A DNA stretch of 64,000 nt from Lingula anatina (GCA_051362555.1 CM120642.1:31558001-31622000), one strand, 5' to 3'; counted from the first letter of the stretch, positions 14,901-29,480 are shown. The notes: generated by a model from the letters alone, not told the origin. Program-made: numbers and translations.

Positions 14901-16202
14901 TTCTTTGCATAAATCAGCACCAGAAAAGGCGATATAAACATGATATATTTTTTATCAAGGGAAAGCTGAACTTGTAATAAAACCCATTCTATGCCCGAGA
15001 AAAGTGGGGGAAATTACTCTGCCAATGCTAACAATAGGGAAGATTAATGCTTCATAAAAAACTCTTCCTTATAAGCCTGGAGAACGCTGCATATGTCTAC
15101 GTGTCCGTGTTTGTTTGGGGCTAATTTGATTTGCTTGGGCGTTTTACAGCTTGCTCGTGGAATTGAACTTAAATCGGAAATCATTTAGTTTTATTTATTT
15201 TTTATTAGATAGGTGTCCAGGATATTTTTTCTCCTGTTATTTTTAATAAGAGTATCGTTGTACGTTGCTATTGGAATGATGCCTCTTGACCCTTCCTGGA
15301 AAAATAAACAATACAAACAACACAAACCAACAAAGATAACTTTTATTTTCAGTTTCAGACTTTCTTTTTAACTCACCTAATTAACCGTCCTCTTTGTTAT
15401 TTCTCACAAAACGATATTTAACGGATCATTTATAACCACGTGAGTGGCGCAGGAAGTGAGACAAGAATTGAGAAAGGTTGTTAATCTGTTCTAGAATAAT
15501 CTCTTCTTTGGCTGCAAAAAATATCGTTGATCAGAAAGCGTTCCATGTTTTCGTTGGCTTTTTAAGACCAACGTCTCATCAGACGCCTCTGCGAATTTCA
15601 ATCACTTCTGATAAAGGAGACAATTGCATCAATTTGATCAAACCAATTAAAGGAGTGCTTGACTTGCCACTTAATAGCACGATGCGAACGCCAGGTGGAT
15701 TAAATTGGGATTAAGAGCCTATCTTTGCTGACGAGTAAATTAGGGCTAAGAATTCTGAGGTCGGATTCCTAACACATTCCATTATTTAGCAAGAGAAAGC
15801 TACGGCGATGAAACTTTGTTCCACTCATCAGACAGTGACACTGAAGTCATCATTATCAATCTATGCGTGGAGACAACAGGAAGGCCATATCTATTTGCTA
15901 GTGTACTTCATGAAACATAATAAAGTGCCTCTGTTAAAATTGGAGACTCTCCTTTGCTCGTCCAGCTTATCGTACAAACAGACGACAAAATTATTATCGA
16001 TCGTTCTTGTGACAGCAGGCTAGACACAATTTGCGAGGAGGAGACAATAAAATAATCACTTACTAATTGACATAGTAACTGATCTTGATTTGGACGAAAG
16101 GGGTGTAATTTGTTCTGCCTTTCTCAAAGTGCGCTTGTAGATCTTCCGAATAATGGTGGCCTCGTGCAGTGTGCATGTGTGTGTGTGTGTGTGTGTGTGT
16201 GT

Positions 16203-16246
<44 letters not shown>

Positions 16247-19200
16247 GAGGGGAGGGGATGCCACACGATGCTGTGTAGCTAGGGGCCTTGACGCTAGGAC
16301 CCGTCAAATCATTTTTTCTTAGTGTGGAAGTAACTTTCTGCGTACGGCGTTGACTTAATTAACTGAACCCTCTCTTCCGCTCTAATACCTTTGATACTGA
16401 CTCTTACGATAAATTAAATCTACAAACTACCAAGATTGACTTGAATTAAGCCTTAGAAATTTGGGAGTATTTCTTCATTAATTCGCCGTGTGTTGCCAAT
16501 AAGACAGTGATAAGTCCCATCGGAAGAAATTAATATTATCACCTGTCTATAGAATGGGAAACTGACATTTGTAATCGTCGTAAGGGGCAGCTAATATCAG
16601 GACCTGGCACAGAGCTCTGTATAAAACATTATTAATTATCGTCATTCCTATGCCGGGCACGAAGGCGTAAGATAAGGACATAGATTGTGGGCAGGAGTGT
16701 ACTGAAATAACGAGCCGCCTGATAGACAGCGATTCAGGTCCTGCATAAAAGTTATACAAATCGGCTCTGAAGGCGCTATCGCATTAACCAGGCTCAAATT
16801 TAATTTTCCGATAATGAACCCAATTAGTTTCCCGTCTGATGTGTAAACAATGGTTAAATGCTGTTTACGCGCTGTGTTCGTATTCTGCTCCACGTTACCT
16901 AGTGTTACATTAGGTACTTAACCTGTTCGACCCCCATGTGACGCTTTTCCATTTATTTTATGTTTCAAGGATACTAGCTTGCCTCCGGCACGATGATGGA
17001 GAAATTTGATAGAGAAAAAAAAATACGAAGAAGACGAGACGAAATAAGGCTCATATATGTGAAATCTTTTTGTCCATCCATTCTCTCGCTCTCTCTCTCA
17101 ACTCACATCAAGTCGACCCGTTGTTTATTTCTGATAAAAGAAGGCCCAGCAAATTATTGCCTGCTCTAAAACAATAAATTGTTCGCCGAAGGGACGTCAG
17201 CTCATGATGCGTGCGACAGTTCCCACGGAGCGTGTGAAATAAATCCACCCTCGACACCAGTGAGAATGACGTAATTTCCATACTCTTTTCGCTATTGGAG
17301 TTCACTTCAAAATAATCAAGACCCAGTAGCCGTAATATTTTACGGACTCTTCTTGTTACTGAAGAAGACACGAGAGTTGCGTTCAGAACGGTTTTCACAA
17401 AAATCACTGCAGGTTCAACTTGGGGGCATTTTCATGCAATCGACCCCACTTGTACTTGCCGTTTGGGTGGGGAGAAACATGCAATCAAGAACCAGTCCCG
17501 TAGCCAGCAATTTAAAAGGGGGGGTTCTTTTTCTGAAAAAAAAGTGGACCATTTACCATGACACCGTCATGTACCTAAATAAAATTTTACTCAGAGGGGA
17601 CCTTTTGCAGGCAAAAAGGGGGGGGGGGGGGGGGTTCTTTAGAACCCTTCAAACCTCCCTGGCTAACCTAAGAACGGAAGAATCAAGCGTCCTTTTTTCC
17701 TTCACTTAGAACTTGAGGTGTTTAGGTGTTTTTTATTATAACGTCTTTGAACGCGGTGCACGTCCTCCCTGTTCAAGTGGAAGGTAAAAAGAGTGAACGC
17801 CACTTTATGTTCAGCACACTAGCCCCACTAGCACTGCGTGTGTGACAGGGCGGCGTTTATTTATACAAAGGTATCAGAGCCGAAGAGTAAGAGTGATGAG
17901 CGAAATTGCTGGCTCTATCTTTCGAGAAAATATGAGGCAATCTCACGCACTGTTAAGTCCAATAATTAGGGAAAAGAGAGGTTAATGTTTCTTTACGCTA
18001 AAATTGAAGAGGTGAACTGGTAGAGCGCCTCTATAATGCCAATATATTTGCCAGATCTAATTTAAAGCCTGAGCAAAAAAGGAAAGAAAATCCCTTTTTA
18101 ATTTGTCGGTTATACAAATAAACACTACCATTAAAAGTGTTTTTGGCATAATTTCAGATAATAATTTTGGGAAAACTGTTCATATATGGGGCATTCTCAT
18201 ATTTTGATAGTTGCCTCTCATGAGTCTCTATGCTAGAGCACCAGTAGATTTACTAAAAAGTATTTAGAAGCATTTACAATAAAGCTGCTGCCGCAGAGGC
18301 ATCGGCATATTACTCCAGAACCCGATAAACAGTTCACTGCTTTCGTGGTTTAAACCACTCTCGTTATCATGCGTGGAGTTAATAACTGTTATATATTGAC
18401 TGTCGATGCCAATATCTTTAACTTAATTAAGATGGAATTACACTCTGGTTAATTGGCAAATATTTGCGCCCACTGTGGCTGTGACATGTTATTTTAATGA
18501 CAGAGACAGTTAATTGGGCTCTGGCTAGGAGATTACACTATCAGACGATAACTTTGTACTCCAAAAATGACTTGTTTCTTTCGTTGTATTTCCAAAATTG
18601 GCAATATGAGTTTTACTATGTACATTTTGTAAAATCTGTTTGTTTCGTTGTACAGATTTATTTGCCCACCGAATGCACATCTATGTAACAATCCGCAGCA
18701 CAAATGTTTCTTGTTAATCTTATGAAAATTTGAGAAATGTGAGATTGGAAAGACTATTGAATAATTACGCTTCTTCTCACTCACGATTTCAATACTTGCA
18801 AAACAAGAACCAAAACTAAAGAAAAACTAAATAGGCGAAACAGTTTGCCCAAGTACTTTTCGAAGTTCGGTTAAAAAAAAAAATTCACCTATCGTTCGAA
18901 TCGCCACTTTTTTCAACTCTTGTTTCGCGAGCTAGGAGTGTGTTAGAGGCGCAAATTGTCAGATAATTTCCGTCTCTCAGCGGACTTAAATCGGTAAGTG
19001 CAACACGTAGGTCCCAACTTCTGGGCCGGTTTGGCAGCGTTCCTTCCCACTGACGGCACTGGTTCGGCTTCATTGCTGACGCTGATCACTAAAAGCTATC
19101 TGCCATTTAGTTTATTGCCATGAGTCTTAATTATCTCCAATTACCCCAAAGAAACGCAGAGGAGCGCTTTGTTTTAACTCTCTGTAGAGTTATGGAAAGT

Positions 19201-22200
19201 ACGTTTATTATTCTAGAAGAATCAGCAACAGCATCTGTTGCTCTTTGTCCAAGTTGAGTTACAAAAATGTTCAACGAAACAGAACAAAAGCAAAACATGA
19301 ATGTGTTATCCACGGTGCGTTAATGAAAATATAAAACATTTTATAACATAATATGTATTAACTTAGTAGTTTCTCCTTAGAATGGACTCTTAATATGTAC
19401 CCTTATAGTGTGTACATAATTAAGTTCACCAGTAACTGTATATATACAAATAGACACATTTCTTTGTGCATCTGTTATACATTCTGCATCTTTAGTATAT
19501 TGCTTAAAAAAAGAAACGCATGCCAAGTGTTCATTTGTTTAAAATTCTTAAATTTTGTCGGTTTTTCTAGGTTATTTGGCGCTGGTGGTACATGCGCAGC
19601 CTGTGCCCAGCCCATCCCCGCCAGTGAACTGGTAATGAAGGCTCAAAACAATACTTATCACCTCAAATGCTTTGCTTGCGTCCAGTGTGGCACTCAACTG
19701 GTGCGTGGCGACAAGTTCGGCCTGATCAACGGGAACCTTATCTGTGAACACGACTATCCAAACTTCGTCAAAGGAGGACACGCGCACGCGCAGCCCACGA
19801 ATATGAGAGCCAATCATAAGGTATGTTTTGAGGTATTTTCTTGTACATTTCTTAAATTCAAAACGTGCCCCGATTCTAATTATGGTGTTAAAAGATCCTG
19901 CAGTATAGATATTGCGGCAAATTTTGCGTGAATTTAATGTCGGGCTCTGCCATATTTGTTTCTCGGGGCAAATTTTGTATTGCAATTCCCAAACACAGAA
20001 AAAAAAACTGAATAAAGCAACACCACTTGTGTACAGTGTCGGTAATTATCATGGCCGTAGAATTCTGTGCATGGGTTTCTTGGAGCAAGCATAAATTTAT
20101 ACTGACAACCAGAGTTATTACAATCGTCTTGCATGCAAGTGACATTTGAGTATTTTGTTATGAAATAATTAGCACATTTATACAATCGGCATGCTAGGAT
20201 TTCACCGAAGGATTGCAAAAAGATTTCAGTAATTTTCTTGCTGTCATGCAGGTTCGATCGTGATACGGTACAAGAAGAAATCCAATCAGCCGAAGTCACA
20301 AAACGTTCCTGTCTTTTGGAATCATTTCTCTTTGTTCTACACCTGCTGACTCGCGACAAGTGAAACCCAGGCGGTTTCGTTTTATAATCAGTTTAACGTT
20401 TCATCGCATGCTCGCTTTTATTAGAAAAGAACTACTGACGGGGATTGGTGCTATATTTATAATGTGCCGGTCTGCAATGAGCATATCTTATATCAAACTA
20501 CACCAAATAAGTGTTTTTCTTCGTGCAGAAATTAAATATCAAATGTGCGCAAAAGGTTAAGCCAATGTTGTTCACAAACGGAAAAATTCTTTTTATGGAA
20601 ATTTTCTGTTTTGTGAAATCTTAAACCGCATAGTGCCATGGTTTCAAATGAAGCCTTTAATAAGATGAACAGAATATCTCATTAGATAACCACACTACCT
20701 ATGACATTGATTAACAAATACATCAAGAAGTATCCAATTTGTTATTGACCATAATTTGATACGCGTTAACTTTTTTTCGTCATCACAACGGAAAAACAAT
20801 TATTTCAGCGAATAAGTCGTTTCGGTTATCTTTCTGAAACACATATTTGTTTTAATCCGTTGTTAATATCAGTCTGTGAAAAAAAGGATGAACATGTAAA
20901 GATAGTTTGATAAAAGAATGTATAATGTTTACATATTTCATCACGTGGCTTTGACGTTATGCAGGACTGGACTGCAGTCTTTTTTCAACAGGGTGCGACT
21001 TCAGTTTTATCGTTTGAAACAAGTCAGCATAGATATACCCTCTATACCATCATATTTAATTCGGGACTTTTCCTCTGACTTTTCATTCATCTCGAGACAC
21101 ATCTGTGAATATCAAGTGAAAAATTAATCTGTGGCCCTGGTAGAGGGCAGCATAAACACAGGTATTTGACGACGTCCGAGGCAGCACACTGAGACCCTAT
21201 AACAAAATGGCCTCTGCTTCTTAAAACGAGCCCTGTTTCTCCTTCCTTCAATATAATACGTCCGATCACGTGAAAGAGTGCTTTTTTCACGATCCCATAG
21301 TAGTTTTGCAAAGTAATCGCAGGGGCTTGCCGTGTCAGTGGTCTATGTTCTGGGTATTTTCATTTCGTTTTCAGTTAATAATTGAAATCAATTTTTCGTA
21401 TTATATGGCGCGGAAGGTCGATAATTATTAGGTTAAAGAGGCAAGAGAAAATAACCTTGGAGTGTTTCTACATATATAAACAATATCCGATGAGTCTTAA
21501 TTGAATTGTTTCCCCACAAATGTGGCCGGCGGGTCATTCGCTCTATCTGTAATAAGAAGAGAGTGTTTAAGATTGCCTCCGCAGAAAGAAGCAATCCCAT
21601 TTTCACGAGGAAGTTTTAATCATTTTTATTGCATTAGTCCCACGATGATATATGCACAAATGTGCGTTCGGCTGGGTTGAGAGTAATTTAAAAAACGGCT
21701 CTGGAGAACCGTTCGAGATGCATTATCGGGTACCCGCCATAGCAAACGTCGTGTTCTTGTGAGTTAGTTGTTCTCACAGCTCATCTCCCAGTCTTAACAG
21801 CTTGTCTTCAAGGGTAATTCAATGTGTACCGAGTAGTTGGAGATAAAATAAATTTATATTTCACTCCGCACCGGTGCAGGTCAGGTCTCTAACCTTAATG
21901 CCTGTATTTCGTCTGATTTGTGCTAGAAATCTCCATATACTGACAGGGAAATGCGGCTTTTATTTAGAAGGAATGTCGGGGACAGAAACTTCGAGTGATG
22001 GACTTCTGCCTTATTGCTCTCTTAGGCCAGAAAATCAATATCTGGACCGTATTAAGAAACGTAAACGTTTGGACCCGTTGACAAAAGCGCAACCCGTCAA
22101 CGTTCCGTTGCAACTACTTTACTTGACATCCACAACCGAAAACGAGTGTGTTTTATGCCTACACTGACGCTTTCTCATTACTTCAATTTTTTGTATTTTA

Positions 22201-22909
22201 AAAATCTTTTTTATTTTTAATAAATTGATTAAATGATTTTCTAATTTAATTATTATTATTATTATTACTTCTTCGTTCACGTTGTTTTCTCTCCAATGGT
22301 TTAGCGACCAAGACACGTAGCTATGACGCAGATCATTAGTCGCATACTGCACAAACCTCTGCCCTATACCGTTTCTTGCAGGGTTTTTTGGTCCCGTATG
22401 ATGCCACAGAGTGCCGACAGTCTCGTTTTTATGCTGTAATGGATGATCTTCATTAAAAAAAATTAAAAACCAAAGATTCTTCTTTGTTGTATAAAAAATT
22501 CTCTAAATAGCACTCAAATGTTTGGAAGTTTTTTTATGTAGACCAAAAGGCTCTTCTCTCATAATTTCAATGTCGTTTACAGGAATCACGGCTCGCCCAG
22601 AGAAAGTGATTCTGTGTCAACCAATGTATTGCCATATTTCCAACTTGTGCCAAATAGTTATGATTTATATTCAGAAATTAAGCTAATGAACAATTTTGTT
22701 CATTTATTGCCAAATTGTTTTATTGTTCTGTACAGAGGAATGCCTTAAACATCGAGTGACGATCGACAGATGTGGCGTGAGAGCACGGGTGTTTCTTTGG
22801 GACATCTAACTAAACCGTTGTGTACAAATTATGAATTGTATAATCTTCAATTAAGCTCAATTTTTCTTTCATATGTTAAATTACCTCTATTTAATTTTAG
22901 GTTTGCTGA
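11234..22909 (+). CDS. LMO4: LIM domain only protein 4 (two tandem LIM domains), ~151 aa from the first in-frame ATG
   Basis: Coding exons 11234-11430 (exon acceptor at 11048/11049), 19571-19820 and 22901-22909; GT-AG introns, phases 2 and 0. Protein KACAGCGARIEDKFLLHALDRYWHLGCLKCSCCQAHLGEIGTSCFAKAGMILCKNDYIR|LFGAGGTCAACAQPIPASELVMKAQNNTYHLKCFACVQC...CEHD...HK|VC* matches LMO4 including the KVC C-terminus. The true start may lie further upstream. Confidence 0.93.
11855..11911. repeat. (TG)n microsatellite in LMO4 intron
   Basis: Direct reading. Confidence 0.97.
16177..16242. repeat. Compound (GT)n(GA)n microsatellite
   Basis: Direct reading. Confidence 0.95.
17493..17668. mobile_element. 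Degenerate copy of the CAGGCC(C/T)GTAGCC hAT-like MITE
   Basis: CAGTCCCGTAGCCAGCAATTTAAAAGGGG matches the left end of the 38908-39077 element; the right end is degenerate (CCCTGGCTA). Confidence 0.6.
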
Positions 22910-25892
22910 TATAAGACATGGTTGTTGACGCCAACCGTCCCACGGTAGCACTACTGTCCAGGTTGGTAATTTGGAGGCGTTACTTTGAAGGAGGAACACT
23001 ATATCCACTCGGCAGGAAGACCGCGCTATAGTGGAACACTAATGCACTTGGAAGAACAATAGTCTTTCCTATCACACTTGTTTGTTTGTCTGTGGTACTG
23101 TAAAGCACTGCGGTTTGAGTGAACTGTGAGACGTAACATTGTTTTGCCGCCAACCAAGTCGAAGAAAAGGGTCAGACGCTATGACATGAATGCTTCTGTA
23201 CATTAAAATGATACTCCTTTATCTTGGCAAGTTTCACGAGGACCTGGACACAGATACAGGTATTATCTAGACGCCTAGGAGCATTGTAAAGGTTGACGAT
23301 ATTCTGGAAAGATAAAGGCTGTCGACAAAGAATACAGCACGCAGAACCCGATGCCGCAACGCTCAACTTTCTTTAGCGTGATGGTTATGATTAAATGAGA
23401 ACAATAAGAATACTGTTACTTTCTATATGTGAAACTGAATACCTCATGTATCCAAGGACAAAGAGAAGAAAAGCAAGTTTGATCAAGAGAAAAATGCAAG
23501 AATTTATTATATGCAAAGGATTGTAGCTTTAATAAGTCGCAGACCGCGTTCAGCACGGTTTTGACAACTAACTTCAGGAAGCAAACGCTTGCATACATCC
23601 ACGCTGTGAGCCGCCCCTGTAACCTTTGACCTTTGCGGTCAATTTTGATAGGGTGGGCTAATTATTGGAAAACGTGGGCCTTGAAGCGTGGTCTAGACGT
23701 TGATTGCCATGGCTTGCGTTTTATAAAATCTGATCTTATTGAATCCTAACAGTTGTAAACCTGTTCTGCGACTGCCAACTTGTCCTCTCCAATGGTGGCT
23801 CAAGGGAATTCGGGAAGACTTTTTAAAAATATATTTTCGTTACGTATGATAAAAATGCCAATGCATCTTGATACGTGTGACAGAAAAGGTATTTTTCTTA
23901 TGTTGTTCCGTACATTTGCCAGCATTTTCTGTCTACTAATATGATCAGATTCTTGAGGAAAAAGAGCAACTAATATTGGATTTTGAAGCAGAATTACCGA
24001 CCGTTTTCAAAATCGAATTTGTAATTCAAACCAAAACTAATAATCAGACACGATTTATTGGACTCTGTCACTAATATCCCTCCCTTATTTCTTTATCGTG
24101 AATTATGGCAAAACTCGCCTAATCATTAGGTCACTGTTATTATGATAGCATGACTTGAATGTCATTTTTATCCCGGTGTCTCGTACGGGAGAGTCCCCTG
24201 TCGTATAGGGCCCGGTTCCTATGGATTTGTACAGGCAAGTCCCGTTCTAAATTTGACACACTGACGTCACGATAACTCTAACCTGTATGAATGAAACGAA
24301 GGGCGGATTCTCAAGACCCTCTGTTTTATAACGTCGGTCACACCAAGTGGCTTTCAATCATTATTTTGTAAATAGGAGCTTTTTTTTTAGCAAATTTATA
24401 TTAACATGGCAGAGGAAATTTGCGGATTGTAGATGGTTTATTGGAAAGATTTTAAAACAGTAGACATTGTCTGGTGCTTCACAATTTGCTTTTCATCTCA
24501 AAAGTTCTTTTAGTTAAAGGATAACACTAGGGCTTGTTTTCAGTTCCAGATTGCTTCCTTTTTTTGTTCTGGCCTCTCCAATTTTCCGTAGACTTTTTGA
24601 AGCATTCCAATGTACTGGTTGGCCAACTTTTTATTAAAGCATTGAGGAACATGTCAAACAGCATTAACGTTAAGGACTTGGTGAATTATTTATATTGAGT
24701 ATATTGTTGATAGACCTTGCTGTATATATAGATAATATCATTATTTATTTTTGTGAAATTGCCAAAGGTGAGGAATGTGTTATGTGTAAGTGCTTATTGT
24801 AGGTAGTTGTTAAATCACCGCACTTGCGTGTACTTGAATCATTCAGCCATATTAGAAGATATTTAGTTGGATAGGTATTCCCAGTTTAATACTGCAATTT
24901 TTGATGCATCGGTGTTACATATACCGAAACAAGTATAAATAGATTTTTGCTCATCTCATTCAGAAATTCATTATACCTGTTGGTTCTCGTGTACGGTGTA
25001 TGCATTTTAAGTTAATTCATAACTGTTTCATTCAGTAACGTTGTAACACTTCATTATCCCACGTTTAAACTTAAAACCAGCAAAAGATGATCACCGTGTT
25101 CGGTAAAATCATTTAGTAAATTTAGTAATTGACAAAATTTCCTTCGGAGTAAGGTATTTTAGTCACTTCAGATTGTTTCACTCAATCATGTCTTGGTACA
25201 ACCATTGCCCCCTTGGTGTGGGGTTTGGGGCCTGCTCAAGGGCCCGGAAAATTTTTTGGTAATTTGGAGAGCCAACAGTGCCCCTTGGTACGGTTGAGAA
25301 CTATGATTTAGCTAGTCAAAATTCTAATTTCAAGAGGGGAATATTGGTGTGGTATATATTTTTCAGAAACTGCCACTGATTGTAACGACCGAACCAAAGC
25401 GTATATGACAATATATAAAGTTGGCCGACGTTATTGAGTGCATTGTAACTCCATATCCATAAATTTTGGTATGTTGGTTATAGTGTTGTGCAGTATTTTA
25501 ATTACATGTGCCGCACAGGTAACAGTCCATATTAATTTTGTTATCGTGGTTTATATCTACAGAGCATTTTGCGTTTGTTTTTTTTTCTTACAAATTACAT
25601 AAAAGTTGCCGTTGGATACGCAGATATTATGGGGACGTTGAAGTTATTGTAAATCTTTGAAATCAATGGACTTGGCCATGTTTGTTTGGGCCCGGTTATT
25701 AGTACTGGTTTAAAGCAATATTTTGTCATTTCTCATAATAATGTAAGGTACTTAGTCTTTATATTTTGCCCCCAGATGCTCATTATTATTAAGTGGTATT
25801 CCAGCCGGGTATTTTTTACATGTGGTGTGTAACTTCTTTGTGAATACATCAGTTATTGCTCGAATTCATATTGTTGATAAATGTTGTTTTCA

Positions 25893-25898
25893 AATAAA
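25893..25898 (+). terminator. Candidate LMO4 polyadenylation signal (implies ~3 kb 3' UTR)
   Basis: AATAAA followed ~30 nt later by a GU/U-rich tract (TTCGTTTTGTTTTTTT). Confidence 0.4.
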
Positions 25899-26216
25899 CA
25901 ATCGAAGAAAATATGAGGGTGACATTCGTTTTGTTTTTTTCTGTAGGCCTACAGTAGGCTACAATCACCAGCACCAGTACCTTTGAAACTGAACAACCAC
26001 CAGGAACGAATTACCAGTATATTCTTTATTAATTTATTTCCTATTTGATATTTTCTTTTTCGGTTATTTGATACGTAGAGCTGTCGAAGATATCTACATT
26101 GTATCTTTCTCTGGTGGCATATTATAATGAAGAGTGCGGTTTCTTTGTAAGGCGCACCTTGGGCACATCCTGTTGAGGCATATGTTAATAAGAACTAAGC
26201 AATTATTCAAGCATTG

Positions 26217-26220
<4 letters not shown>

Positions 26221-26291
<71 letters not shown>
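26221..26291. repeat. (TA)n microsatellite
   Basis: Direct reading. Confidence 0.98.
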
Positions 26292-26295
<4 letters not shown>

Positions 26296-29244
26296 GAAAC
26301 AAAACCGAACTATATTTGATAAGTACTAGGTTTTATTGAGAAATGATGTAAAACAGTTATCGAAAGCCGGTCCTTTATTTTTGGTCCACTGTATAGAAGT
26401 CAGTGAGATCTGAGTAGCTGTACTGGGCCAAGTACGACTCAGCTCGGTCAAGGTCTAGGTGAGGCCGCCATACTAACTGTTTCTATAAGTAAATGACTTG
26501 TCAGTCCTGAACTCCAGAGGAAAAAAACGTTTAAAACACTTTCCTGTGCTGGTTACGCTTTATTGGCCTATGAAGAGAGCGACCGGCAGCGAATTAAAAA
26601 CGATAGAATCGTTGTTGTAAGTGGTGACGCAATGTTAAACATAACCGGTTTAGAAATATTCTAGCTGTCTGGAGTGGGAAATTTGATCAGGGGAGGCACA
26701 GGAAGAATATGCTGCCAATTTTTGCTAAACAGATCCAATAATTGTAATGTCTTTTACTACCTTGGTTTACCCTGGGAGACTCCAGCGTGATTCAGTTTAA
26801 GCAAGGTCACTTGCCAGACCAGCCAGTCGAGACTCTGAAACAAAGAAGTTTCAACTGATACAGCGCAGTAGTGACTATCATTCGTAGAAGACGCAGTATT
26901 GATATAAAAAAGGTCCATGTTACTGTATTCCCTCTTAAGTTTTGTGCCTCCCTTGTATAAACATTTATGTGTAGAAATTTAAAGTGAAAGGCGATTGAGT
27001 GAGGAGCCTAAAAAAAGTATTTTTAAAGATACAGGTATCAACAGTCGCATTAGTGGAAAATCAAACAAGGATGGAAACAGGTCTGAAGTGAAATATTGCA
27101 AAAAACAAGTATTGCTGATTTTTGTAAGTTTAATTGAACTGTAGTTCAAAGTTTTACATTTAATACGCCACACTGTGTACACATTTAACAGACGTCTGGG
27201 TGGTCTAGTTCTTTGGAATCATTATATTGCCAATTAACCGCATTTGAGGCAACTTTTTGCTCTACGAAATGTCAAAGATTGATACATTAGTGAAATAAAA
27301 AAAACTTTCCAACCTGCACTGCGAAATAATTAGACGCCTTAAATGTGTTGATACAATAAATTTATCCTACAAGCGACTGGGTCTGTATAAAGCTGTTATT
27401 TGTTACTGAATTTTAAGACTTACACAAGAATGGGCTCAATGCACACATGTCCAGGGACTGTTCGTAATGAATTTTGTCGACTTAGCTTATGCGCACTAAT
27501 TCCACGGGGACTCTCGCTGATTGCAATCAAATTAACAGACTAACCAGGGACTAACTTTGAATGTAGAAATAGATTCATTAACCATTGGTAAGTATGGGAA
27601 AAGTGTTGTTTACCCCAGGAAAATTCATTTTTTGGCCAAAACGAACAATTATTATCCCTTTAACTTGATTAACGCTTCAAAACCGCCTTTTCTCCCCCAG
27701 GAAGACCAGAAAACGGATTTGGTTAACTTGCTCCTGTTTTGTGATTCAAAGATGTTGCCTCTCTTTTAGTGAGACCATGTTACGTCTGTCAAACGAACCG
27801 GACGGGTTCAACACGTGTCACATGTATCCAGAAATACTCGTATTTTTTTTATGAAGTCAACCGAAAAACAATTTAAAAGACTAGTCTATGGAAAATGCAA
27901 AACGAGCCAACCTTTAATCAGTCTTGATATATTTAAATGTAATGTGATGTTCATTTCAATTCCATAAACATCAGATTCACGAGGAGAAATCTTAAATGAA
28001 TGATTTTGCTTACATCATAATAGCTTTACTTAAGGGGCAACCAAGCAGAACTATAGGCCATAGAATGATTTTTCTTATTAACATTAATCTCATAACGTTT
28101 TGTAAAACGAGTAAGAGCGTGTAGTGCTCTGTAACGCATTTGGCTCAACCATCCATTAGCACAGCTACCACATTTAATCCCTCTTCATATACAGGAGCGG
28201 TTTCTCCACGGGATTTACCCGCCAAAATGAATTTTTCTAAGGTAAAGAGCAGTTTCTCCTACTCGCAAAGTATTATTGGACATGTCCCTACAATGTGCGC
28301 TAGTCTTTGACATGGCAAAAATTAATTACCCGGCCGATTTTGACACTTTCCCCTTTATCACCAAGACGCAACATATCCAAAACCGCTGACAAAATAACGG
28401 TCTACACACTAGTTTTTGAGTTCACATAGTTTTTACTTTTTGAGTCATTGTCGTTTTAAAAGGAGTGTTAGACTGGCGAATATCAGTAATGACGATTAAA
28501 GCATAAGTTATGTATTGTTTATACAGGGTTGTACAGAGTTGGCAAAGGCGCCGTTGCAGAGGGTTTTTAATGCATGGGTGTGACAAAGTTCCTTCCTCTC
28601 TAATTAAGTGCTAGACAGTATTAACTCTTATGCTTTTCTTGGAAAAGTAAAATTATAACTTAATGGGGGAGAGGGTGTAAGAATACTCGTTAATTGCCAT
28701 GTTATTTTGTTTAATGCCAAGAGTTTGGTGAAGCGGTTGGAAAACAACCGTCATTAGTTTACACTGTGTTATAGATATGAAGGCCATGTAATGACATACT
28801 GGGACTGCTTTAATCATAGAGGTAGATGCTTACAATAATAACACAAAACAACACCATTATGACTGCAGTGTTTATCACTTTATTTTAAAATAATTTTAAT
28901 AAATGCATACAAATAAATTTCTCAAGCTTAAATTATATAAATATCTAAAATTTTACCATTTTTTTCCTCCATATATTTTTCAATTAAAAGAAATAGTAAA
29001 ATTTCACTTGATAATTTGATGGTCCCTTTTTATATTCTTTGATTCTCTTCAATTTTATTAAAAGTAAAGTTTGCAAACACAACAATAATGCGTAGATTTG
29101 TAACTGTTCAAAGCTTAAGTTCCTGAAGGAAAACTTGCTTCAGGTTCATAATGAGAAAAGGACTCTTATACATGCATGAACACAGCATCTACTAGTATAA
29201 GCCATTTCCCATGTCACAAATATTTTCTGCGTTGACACTTCACT

Positions 29245-29480
29245 AGTGTCAACAACGTCACAATCATGTCAACAATATGTCACAGTTTATGTCTATGTCT
29301 CCTGTGTTTTACATGCTGATGTCATGACAGTGTCATCAATGTCACTATCCTGTCAACAACACGTCAGTTTGTCTCCTGTGTTTTATATGTTGATATAGTG
29401 ATGTAGTGTCTTCAATGTCACAATCATGTCAACACCATGTCACAGTTTATGTCTCCTGAGTTTTATGTGTAGATGTAGTG
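29245..29480. repeat. Degenerate ~80 bp tandem repeat (3 copies) overlapping the WDR38 stop codon
   Basis: The unit TAGTGTC..CAATGTCACAATCATGTCAACA...GTCACAGTTTATGTCTCCTG(T/A)GTTTTA..TG..GAT recurs three times. Confidence 0.8.

Noticed and set aside
21320-21355. tRNA/SINE-like 5' fragment (GGGGCTTGCCGTGTCAGTGGTCTA)
   Set aside because: No B-box or cloverleaf follows; too short to call.
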